From Paramecium tetraurelia (taxonomy: Eukaryota): a stretch of DNA of 26,185 nt. The notes under the pieces are model-generated. The model worked only from the letters and a program-made list of their open reading frames with translations. It did no database searches and was not told the origin of the DNA. The DNA lies in NCBI GenBank assembly GCA_000165425.1, contig CT868044.1:124001-150185 (forward strand). Reading direction: 5' to 3'. This document shows positions 11,895 through 24,405 of this stretch, piece after piece. Each line of letters starts with the position of its first letter. The stretch's first letter is position 1. Both the position numbers and the translations under genes were made by a program.

Positions 11895-11933
11895 AATATT
11901 GAGCAATTATAAAAATTAATTATTTAAGTTTAA

Positions 11934-13032
11934 ATGATAATCGAACCCTTGCAATAATAAGTTCTCATTAACAAAGACAAAAATAATTTCTAAGGATTGA
12001 CTGTGCGTCAAAAAAACAATTACCAAGGGACTAATCAATTTGTTTAACGTAGGAAATATTCAAAACCAAAATAATTCTCAACCCAATTCCCATAAATCAA
12101 AAAGGATGATACTCAATATGAATTCAAAATGTTTCACCACGTCCAAAATATGAAGAGTGCTCACTACCAATCCAAATATACCTTATCAATGGGAATCATC
12201 CCTAATCTTATTCTGCACACCTACTTCGATCAGATTGTATTCTATGATATGGCCAAGTTGAAATCACAATCAGCTAGAATATCCCTTGAAGCAATAGGAT
12301 TGGATGTTTTTGAAAACATTTGTGCTGTGGCTGGAATGAATGGCGACCTCTTGATGATTAATCTCTACAATGGAACCCTGTATAAATAGAACATCAATTT
12401 AAAAAGACACTTTATCAATCATGTGCATTTCTATCATGATTATCTCATCACTAATGATAACGGGGGATATATTAAGATATTTGACTATTAGAATGGACTC
12501 AAGGAGATATTCTCATATGAAGATAAGGCCTCCGTCAATCTTACAGCTGTGAACTAGAATAAACAAATAGCCTATTGTGGAGATCGAATAGGATTGAATG
12601 TCCTGGATGCTTTATCAGGTAAGATGATACATACAATGGATCCGCATACTGAATTTGGATTTGCTGTTGCATTCAATCCCAGTAAAGGCTATGAACTTGC
12701 CTCCTCAAGCGAGGATGGTTCAGCTGTCATCTATGATTTGCGTTCTCCAAAACTCCCCATTTAATAGTTTATTGGTTCAAATTTCCCAATCTACAATGTA
12801 ACATATTAGCGAAATGGATCTCATTTGTTTATTGCTGAGTCTAGTTCCCATTTGCATGTATTGGATACGTAAACTATTTGTACTATTTATTAGCACTCTT
12901 TATGATAAGATCTAAACGATATCAGTGTTTGGAGAGGTCTCAGGAATAGTTAATGACTTTTATGATGATAATAGATTCTATTTCAGCACTAGTTGTCAAT
13001 ATGGTGATGGGATATGTGAATTCGTTAAGTGA
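11934..13032 (+). CDS. WD40-repeat protein, DUF2415 / S. pombe C2A9.03-like family
   Basis: ATG 11934 is in frame with the 12129 ORF. WD repeats include PHTEFGFAVAFNPSKGYELASSSEDGSAVIYDLR and HLFIAESSSHLHVLD. C-terminal QTISVFGEVSG resembles the QEIDFFGEISG motif of that family. TGA at 13030-13032. Confidence 0.75.
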
Positions 13033-13232
13033 TGTAAATATTACATATTTTGATATTTATTGTTGTCTTTTTCCATTCAATCATCTAGACTTAGTTTTTC
13101 TCCAAAGGTAAATTAGCATTAATCAAAATTGTTAATTTTTATAATATAAAAAAAGAAGAAAAATAATAAATAGGTTTCTATTTTTAGAATATATTTATTT
13201 ATTTTTGTAAAGTGATTACATTAAATTAACAA

Positions 13233-14177
13233 TCAAAAAGTGAAATTAAGTACCATACAAGAGGTGATTTAAATGTTCTACAAGAAGAAATGAAATCGAA
13301 TTGGCCAAGGGTTTTTCTAACTAATCTAGGACTGAGACCTTTAGTAAATCTAAGCATATAGTAAGAATAGTGAACCCATATAGTCCTTCGTTTTGATATG
13401 TGCTTTTGAATCTTTCCATGATGGTCATTTGATCATGATAATAGTTGGTCTATAGTCTCGCCCTGAGAATTTCAAAGGGGTGACTTGCACAGGTGCCAAC
13501 TAGACCGGCGATCATTCCGGAGAGGAAGGTGATTGAAGGGGAAAAGCCAGAGTCAGAGGTTAGGAACATCTCGTGCATCTTCCTGTAAACGACATAATAG
13601 ATCTAATGTTCATGGGGAATTAATACTCCAGCGAATAGACTGTCTTTGATTGAGCAGGTGAGACCTCCCTTGAAGAAGCTCATCACACCTTCTTGTTTTG
13701 CAATGGTTTTCGCTGTCTTCCATAGGGATGTGTATTAGTACCCAGGAACTTCAGCTCGAGTTTCAATTAGGAGAATTGGATTAGTAATGAAATTGGAGAG
13801 CCTTGAATATTTGATTTGTGATGTACCCTCTGGCAAAAAAGGAAGCAAGAAAGTCTTGGGAAACATTACGTTCCACACTTGTAGCATAGGATAGCATTTG
13901 AAAATACAGGAAGCCAGCGCTCATGTTTCTAACTAATGCAGGGCCTTATGTAATGGGGGAAAATTCTACGCAAGCCGCGATAAAATCCATTGAGTCCTTC
14001 ATTGATTAGTATGTATTCGGCTGATCCATATGTGCTTGTCAATCTGTAGTTGGCAGGATTGGATTTAACAATCATGACCATCTTGATAACCTCCAGTGGT
14101 TAAACAGCAAGTGTAGATATGAGAGAAGCGGTGGCTCCAAGCAATCCTTGGAAATGGACTCGTTACTACTCTACCAT
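13233..14177 (-). CDS. Mitochondrial carrier (SLC25), SLC25A38/Hem25 glycine-carrier-like; 3' end frameshifted as sequenced
   Basis: Three carrier repeats: QPLEVIKM...EGLNGFYRGLRPALVR, NPILLIETR...EGVMSFFKG...KDSLFAGIYY, and HPFEILRARLQ...EGLYGFTKGLSPRLVRK. Four introns of 24-26 nt. Helix 6 (PLANSISFLLVEHL) lies in the +1 frame after the run at 13312-13316, so the stop position is uncertain. Confidence 0.85.
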
Positions 14178-14255
14178 TAATATTAAATTTAATAGTGATC
14201 ATTTGAAATGAATACAATAATGTATATTATGTTTGACGGGCTATTTATAAAATAA

Positions 14256-14280
14256 TTTCTAGAATTTGTAAGAACACGTG
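14256..14280 (+). promoter_or_regulatory. Putative gap-type heat-shock element plus CACGTG motif upstream of GRP94
   Basis: tTTCt-aGAAt-(ttgta)-aGAAc at 14256-14275 matches nTTCnnGAAn-(5 bp)-nGAAn. It is overlapped by the palindrome CACGTG (14275-14280) and lies about 50-75 bp upstream of the GRP94 ATG. Confidence 0.45.
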
Positions 14281-14331
14281 TTATTATATATATGTTGATG
14301 TAGTTCTTGCACAGAATCATAAATATTTTTA

Positions 14332-16776
14332 ATGCATACTAGATAGAAGGCCTTTGGGTTGTTGTTACTCTTTATGCTATCTGGAGTTTAGGTGATGACT
14401 CAAGATTTGACCGAAGAATAAAGGAAGCTTTTGGAATAGTCTCAAGAAACACACGAATTCTAAGCAGAAACAGGTAGGTTGATGGATATCCTAATCAATT
14501 CTCTTTATACACAAAAGGAAATCTTTCTCAGAGAGTTAATTTCGAATGCTGCTGATGCACTTGATAAAATTCGATTTTTGAGTGTAAAGAATCCAGAAAT
14601 TCTGGGAGATAAAACTGAATTGGCTATTAGAATTGAAATAAACACAGAAGAGAAGTCAGTTTCTGTCACAGATAGTGGTATTGGTATGTCAAAGAATGAT
14701 TTAATATCAAATTTGGGTACAATTGCAAAATCAGGAACCACTTAATTCATTGAAGCAATCAAGGGAGGCAATGTTAACTTGATTGGTTAATTTGGTGTTG
14801 GTTTTTATTCATGTTTCTTGGCAGGTTAAAAGGTCACAGTTGCATCAAAAAATACAGATGATGATTAATACATTTGGGAATCTCAAGCTGCCCATTCATT
14901 TGCAGTATCAAAAGATCCAAGAGGTAATACCTTAGGACGTGGTACTCAAGTCACTATTCATTTGAAATAAGATGCCGTTGAATTTGCAGAGGAAAGCACA
15001 ATTAAAGAATTAATCAAAAAATATTCTGAATTTATCAATTTCCCCATCTATTTGAAGGTCACTAGGGAAGTCTCAAAATAAGTCGAGGAAGAACCAGAAT
15101 AATAATAGGATCAATAAGAGAATACAGATGATGATGAAGTAAAGGTTAAGGATGATGATGATGATGCAGATACAAACAAGAAAGCTACTAAGACAATTAA
15201 GGAGAAAGTGTCTGAGTGGGTTTAGATCAATGAGAACAAAGCTATTTGGTTGAGACCAAAGGAGGAGATCTCTGATGATGATTACAAGAAATTCTATAAA
15301 GTCTTATCAAAGAACTCTGGTGAAGATCCTTTCAATTGGGTGCATTTCAAAGCTGAAGGAGAAGTCGAATTTACATCTCTTATTTATATCCCTAAAAGAG
15401 CACCAAGTGATATGTTTGATAATTATTATGGTAAATAAACTACAAGTTTGAAATTGTATGTGAGAAGAGTCTTAATCAGTGAAGAATTCGAAGATATACT
15501 TCCAAGATATTTGAGTTTTGTCAAGGGTGTTATTGATTCAGATGAATTGCCATTGAATGTCAACAGAGAAACACTTTAATAACTTAAGATGTTAAAGGTT
15601 ATCAGTAGAAAGATTGTTAAGAAGATCTTAGAATTATTCTAAGATGCTGCTTCTTATGATGATGAAGATGAGGAAGATACTGAAGAAGGTGAAGAGGATG
15701 ACAGCATGGCAGAGACAACACCTGAAGAATAACAAAGATTGAAGGATGAGAAGAGAAAGAAGAAGATAGATGAGTATAATGAATTCTGGAAAGAGTATGG
15801 AAAGAATATCAAATTGGGTGTTATTGAAGATTCCTCAAATAGATAGAAATTGGCTGAATTGACAAGGTACATTAATATTTTATATCATTAGATGGTACTC
15901 AAGCAAGAATGCAACTGAATTGACATCATTTGATGATTACATTGAAAGAGCTAAACCAGGATAAGACTCAATCTATTACTTAGCTGGTGAGAACAAGGAA
16001 CAATTACTTTCTTCACCAATTATCTAAGGATTATTGAAGAAAGGATATGAAGTACTTTTATTGGAAGATCCAGTTGATGAATTCACATTTTAACATTTGA
16101 ATGAATACAAATAAAAGAAATTAACTAATGTTGGAAAAGGTGATTTCAAATAACCAGAAGATAATGATGAACAAAGAAAGAAATAAAAGGCTTTGAAGAA
16201 AGTATTCTAACCATTGACTGATTGGTGGAGAAAATTATTATCAGAAAATGTTGATTCAGTTATCATTTCTTAAAGATTAATTGATGATCCAATCATTGTA
16301 GTTTCTTCTGAATCAGGATACTCTGCAAATATGGAAAGAATATCAAAGGCTCAAGCTTATTCAAGTAAAGCTGGTTCCCAATAATTCGGTAAGAAGATCG
16401 TAGAAATCAATCCAAATCACTAAGCCATTTAAGAATTATTATAAAGAGTGAAAGATGATCCAGATTAAGAAACTGAGGAAATGGCTAAGGTTTTGTATGA
16501 AGCTGCTTTAGTCAATTCAGGTATTAGAATATTCTAATTTTAGGTTACTCAATTCCAAATCCTGAGAAGTTTGCTAGTAGATTCTATAAATTATTTAATT
16601 CTGCTTTGGGTATTGATAGAGATGCTCCAGTCAAAGAATTTGAAGTAGAAATCGAAGAAGAACCAGAAGCATCATCAGAACCACCTCAAAGTGATGATGG
16701 AACTAAATGGGAAAAAGTAAATACAGATGATGCTAAATGGGAAACTGTAAGTAATGATAAAAGAGACGACTTATGA
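14332..16776 (+). CDS. HSP90B1: Endoplasmin / GRP94 (ER-luminal HSP90)
   Basis: Hydrophobic signal peptide ([15 protein letters not shown]). HSP90 motifs [70 protein letters not shown] and SANMERI. Introns at 15867-15891 and 16521-16543. Ends in the ER-retention-like RDDL-TGA rather than MEEVD. Confidence 0.96.
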
Positions 16777-16814
16777 TTCATTTATACATATGTATTGTAT
16801 CATTTATTTCTATA

Positions 16815-17742
16815 TCATTTATTTTTGATTAATTCTTTGTAGACAATTGCAAAATCTTTCTTTCCAAAATGTTCATTCAATTTATTATAGATCTATTAAG
16901 CATGCTGTCCTAATTATGTATCAGTTCCACTTTTCTTGGATGCTTCGATAGCAATTCCAAGATCCTTGAGCATCAACTCAACCATGAAACCTCCATCGTA
17001 ATCTTTGGAACTAGGAACATTAGGCATGACTCCTGGTGCTGGATTATATGTATCCACAGACCAGCATCTTGAAGAGCTGACTGACATTATGGAACTCAAC
17101 ATGGCTGGATCCATTCCCATGTTCTTTCCCAAGGCCAAAGCTTCAGCAACGCTTATCATTTGGATTGCCAAAGCCATATTGTTGCACATCTTAGCAATTT
17201 GTCCTCCTCCAATCTTTCCACAATGGAAGATATTTTTTCCCATTTCTTTGAGAATTGGAGACACTTTTTCATATAATTCCTTCTCTGCTCCAACCATGAA
17301 TGTCAGTGTTCCCAATTTAGCACCACCAACACCACCAGAGACTGGAGCATCAGTGTATATGTTTTTGGTATCTTAAGCCATTTTAGCCAATTCATAGGAA
17401 GCATAGGGTGAGATTGTGGATGAATCAATCAATGTCTTCTTTTACTTCTTGAAGATCTCCTAGGCTACACTTTTGACTATCTTGTCATTTGGCAACATAG
17501 TAATGATTGTGTCTGCATTTGCAGCGACATCAGCTACCTGAGACACAGGTTTAATATTGGATGATTCAATTTTGGATTGCCATGCTGGACTGGCATCATA
17601 TGCGTAAACGACTCGAGTCTTGGCTAGATTATGAGCCATACCAATCTATATTGATCATATATTATAGTGATACTCCCATATTGCCCAAACCAATGAATCC
17701 AATTGTGTTACTAAATCCAAATGCTGAAATAAACTTACGCAT
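16815..17742 (-). CDS. HIBADH: 3-hydroxyisobutyrate dehydrogenase (probably mitochondrial)
   Basis: IGFIGLGNMG (Rossmann fold), IITMLP, IDSSTISP, DAPVSGGVGGAKLGTLTFMVG, AKMCNNM, SSSRCWSVDTYNPAPG, GGFMVELMLKDL and KKDF. One 28-nt intron at 17646-17673. TGA at 16815-16817. Confidence 0.93.
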
Positions 17743-17788
17743 TATTTATTTAATTATTAACCGTAATAAATAAATATTTGAAATATAA

Positions 17789-18548
17789 ATGAACTCCAAC
17801 TCTGATTAGTAAGATTTCTTTTATAATTTACGTAGTCATTTCCTATTCAAAGTATTATTGATTGGAAATTCCGGTGTGGGCAAATCATGTATGCTTATGC
17901 GTTATTCTGTACTATTTCTCATAATCTCAAGGAAAACTAATTCACAAACAATTTTTACAACACAATAGGAGTCGATTTCAAAACTAAAACTATTGCCTTG
18001 GGAGAACACAATGTTAAACTGCAAATAGTATCTAATCATTTCATAATCTTAGTGGGATACTGCAGGTCAAGATCGATTCAGAACAATCACATGTAGTTAT
18101 TATAGAGGGGCTCAAGGGATCATTATCGTATATGATATCACTGATCGAGAGTCCTTTGAAAATGTGAAAACTTGGATGGCAGAAATCGACAAGTATTTCT
18201 TTAAACGACTCTTAGATATGCTTCAGAATCAGTAAATAGATTACTAGTTGGCAATAAAGCGGACATCACTGAGCGCAGAGAAGTATCTTATGAGGAAGGA
18301 CTAGAATTATGTAATGTGCCCAAATAATAATAAATTTAGCAAGATTATATTAAATTCCATTTTATGAGACCAGCGCAAAATCGTCTACCAACATTGAGGC
18401 TGCCTTCACACATATCACCAAAAACATATTAAATCGAGAACTTCACAACACAAGAGCTGTGGTGAGGAAGACCTCTAATTTAAGACTGCAAAATAGATAG
18501 TAGCAATAACAACAAGAGAAGAAGAAGCAAGAAGATCTTTGCTGTTGA
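17789..18548 (+). CDS. Rab GTPase, Rab1/Ypt1-like
   Basis: [52 protein letters not shown] and a C-terminal CC prenylation site. Five introns: 17809-17835, 17909-17931, 18028-18052, 18193-18215, 18311-18339. Missed by the ORF track. Confidence 0.93.
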
Positions 18549-18601
18549 CTTTAATTATATATTAGATCTATAGATAATTCGATATATAAAAGTATATTAA
18601 A

Positions 18602-19962
18602 TCAACATCTAGCGTATTTTAATCCCGAACTTCCGATTCCATTCTTCTATTGATGAACCAATTTCAGATGCAAATTTTTAAGTGATTATTCTGACAAGTT
18701 TTGATTGTCCGCACTCAATCTTCCTGATTAATCTGGCTTTTGTCCAGATTTGTGATATGATTTTATTTGCTATTTAAATGTTGTAGTATTCAAAGAGCGC
18801 TCATTTATCAAATCACTCAAACCTCCTCCACTCTTTCTTGCACTCATTGGAGTTCCATTTACATACTGTCTCATTCTGTCTATGGTGGAATCTACAAATA
18901 TTTTACAAATAACTTACTACTCTAAGTATTGCTCTCTAAATTGATCACCACTTTTGGAGTGTCGTATTTACCTAAACCCAGTTTACCCATAAAACTTTAG
19001 AGTTCTTCCTTTCTCTTACTCGTCTTGCTATGATCCTTCACTTCCACTTGGAAATTCATATTCTAAGTCACCTTTGAGGTTACTGATTAGTCAGGTCTGT
19101 AGTTGAATTGATTACCCAAACTTGGACTTTAGAGTGGCTACTTTTGAGCTGAAGGTTTCTTTTAGAAGAAGGAAGTTGTTCTATTTCCTGATCCATATTC
19201 AAAGATTTCATCTTATGACTTGCTCGGAGTTTTGTATTATTGAATTTGGGTTTCAGCCTTTTTATTTCTTCGTATTTCAAGATTAGAGAACAGATCTTCC
19301 TACTATTATTGTTATTATTATTATTGAGGGGCAGCATGTTCAACCACTTTTCTTTATTGAACTGTGTTAAAGAAGGTTGTCAAATCATCTAAGGATGAAG
19401 CACTTCTGAATTTTTCCAAAATATTTTAATAATTGGAATGTTATTCATTGACAACTGGCTTTTGAGGCTAGTGAGATGATGGCAATTTAAGGCCAGGTTC
19501 AATTCTTTGATCCAAAACACCCAAAATCATTTGTCTATGTTAGGCAATTTAAGCCTTGTGTTCTTATTCAGAAACAATAGGATCTGGTACATGAGAATCA
19601 AATTGAATTTGGTTACAGGTGGTTGAAGCCTTTTTGGATCCCAAAATATTCCAATCCCATTCTTTGGGGGATTTGAGAATTTCAGCATCGCTTCTCCAAA
19701 TGTCAGATTTTTCTGACTTTTCAATAACAGATGGTTCCATTGTCATAGGTTGTTAATCTTCAGCCAATTGTTTGAAGGCATTAAATTTACTTTTGTATTA
19801 TTCGATGAGGTCTTTGGATGATTGGCCAAATGAAGGTTTAGGTTCATGCTTGATTTCATACTTGAGATCTTTGCGAGGTTCAGGTTTAATGTCGGGGAGG
19901 CTTTCCTCAAATTTGGGGAGTTCGAGAGTATTCTCTTGAGAGGTGATATCGATTTCAGACAT
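18602..19962 (-). CDS. Hypothetical low-complexity, probably disordered protein
   Basis: ATG 19962 MSEIDITSQENTLELPKFEESLPDIKPEP... continuous under code 6, with one 26-nt intron at about 18892-18917. Ends ...GLKYARC-TGA. Contains a Q9 tract. Confidence 0.8.
19300..19326 (-). repeat. Poly-glutamine (Q9) tract encoded mostly by TAA/TAG
   Basis: Minus-strand codons CAA TAA TAA TAA TAA CAA TAA TAG TAG, in frame within the 18602-19962 gene. Confidence 0.8.
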
Positions 19963-20052
19963 GCGCAGGCAATTTGTTATTTTTTTTATTGTTAATTTTT
20001 ATTCACTACTTTCTGTTAAAATATATATAAAATAATATGTAAAGTATTTTAA

Positions 20053-21710
20053 TCACGACCCCGTTGTTTTGATCTTGGACTCTAATGTAGCTAGCATCGC
20101 ATACAGTTCCTCATTATTGTATCGAATATAGAGCGATACTTACGGAGCAGCACAAGCACAAATGCTTTGGTGACAAATACATCCCTTCTTTATACACCTA
20201 TTGAGGATTTAGGAATTTAATACTTCCCACAAAAAATGTAACTTAAGAACATATAATTAGAGCAGATTTTGCAGACACTACGATCATACTTCTCCAACTT
20301 ATTAACAAACTCAATGGTCTTAACACGATCATACAAACTCAGTATGCACTTGCGATTGTTAATTTCTTAATCTATCATTTGTTTGAATTTCTCAAATAAC
20401 TTAGAAGTAATTTAAAAAATGTACCTTTTACCACGATTATTTAGTAAACCTTATCTCATCAACCATCAAAGCCACCTTGCAGAGCAACCACTCCAAGGGG
20501 AAACTCACCTACAGAAATAATCACCCAGTCAAATTACCTTCTTTAAATTCCCATCCATACGGTATTCCTGGGTTGCTCTATCGAACTCTTTGAGCCATTG
20601 AGTGGGAGCTACATTGACAGCCTCACTGCAATTGAGCCCTAATTTTTATTTAAATAAAATACCATGAGAAAAACCTGCATGGTAGGTAGCCCCCAATGTT
20701 AAGATTAGTTCGCCTGGTTGTTGATCAGTCCTTAGAATTGGGATTCCATTCTCAGCCAGTTCTACAGGTGAGATTTGACATGTGATGTCGTACAATAAGC
20801 GGGGGTTCTCCTTCCTTTCGTTCTCAAATGCTTTGTTGAAGTATTGAAGAAACTTATCGCTGTAACTGGGCGGGATAGCATACCTAGAAGATGAATTAAT
20901 CAAATAGATTACCATGTCTTTGCAGCACCGGCATGCATATAATTCATTGAATTTAAATTAAGATCCTCCTTATGCCAACAGAAATTAGCATACTTCATGC
21001 CCAAGTACAACCAAGGCACTGAGATTCCACTCATTTCATTCTTCTCTTGAAGAACCTAGAATATCGAATTCCTATTTTTGTTTATTCCGCTGAGATTGCC
21101 CAACTAACCCTCCTGAAATCCAGTGGCATATTTGGTTGCCAGAAGATCTGCAGCGTATTCCACTTCGACATCGTCATATTTCGTCGGATAATCAACAATT
21201 GACCAGAACTCTATTTCATTCTATCGAATCTGATTGGAAACCTCCCTCACTCCTTGCAATTTATGACTGCACTCGAACTTATTTGCAAGGTTCATGTACT
21301 CCTATACGGTAAATCCTGTGGAGTTTGAACCAAATATCTAGGCTAATAAATCAAAGTACCTCTCCAGCTCTTTGGGTGTTCAGTGTTTGGATACGAGTTT
21401 GCAATCTCTTACCTTTGAGTTTAGACTCCAGCAGGGAAAAGAATTTCTTGTTCGGAACCACCAAATCTGGAGGGAGAATAAGTTTGACAATTCCAAATTT
21501 TTCATAACCTTTTGCGTAGAGATCATCTATAGTTTTGAAGGGATCAGCGAAAAAGCTCTGATCAATGGTTAGTACAGGAACGTCTTTCAGTTAAAAATCT
21601 TTTGTTGTGTAGGGGAAACGTTCTAGTAATAATTTTGAATGAGGCTCAGTGAAATCATCAGAGTCCTTAGACTTTTTGGTTTGTTTGGAATGCTTCCTTG
21701 AACGTATCAT
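20053..21710 (-). CDS. JmjC histone demethylase, KDM5/JARID1-like (JmjN + JmjC + C5HC2-type zinc finger)
   Basis: JmjN: FADPFKTI...EKFGIVKLILP. JmjC: EFWSIV, VEYAADL, SGISVPWLYLGMKYANFCWHKED, QQPGELILTLGATYHAGFSHG, NCSEAVN. C-terminal CKIC...C..C...CICH...CAC. Several short introns. TGA at 20053-20055. Confidence 0.92.
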
Positions 21711-21888
21711 CCAATGATAAGATAATTTAATTTAATAATTTCAGCTCACACCTAACTTGTTCTGCTTTAATCCTGATTGATTTAAAAGATACAACTGTTT
21801 TAAATCCCCAAAAATTATATAATTAAGAATACCCGTGACAGGTCTAGAATCCGATAAATTCTATTCAAAAATACATAAGATATATGAT

Positions 21889-24387
<2,499 letters not shown>

Positions 24388-24405
24388 CACAAAATAAAAT
24401 AATTA

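Noticed and set aside
13305..13320. Euplotes-style programmed +1 frameshifting
   Set aside because: That mechanism uses AAA followed by a stop codon. No stop follows here, and TAR is a sense codon in this organism.
21779..21806. 9-bp inverted repeat gatttaaaa...ttttaaatc and weak C/D-box-like words in the JmjC-AFG3 gap
   Set aside because: An almost pure A/T stem is expected by chance at this composition. There is no canonical RUGAUGA box or recognisable guide sequence.
21805..21814. CCCCAAAAA telomere-like word
   Set aside because: Single copy with no tandem array.
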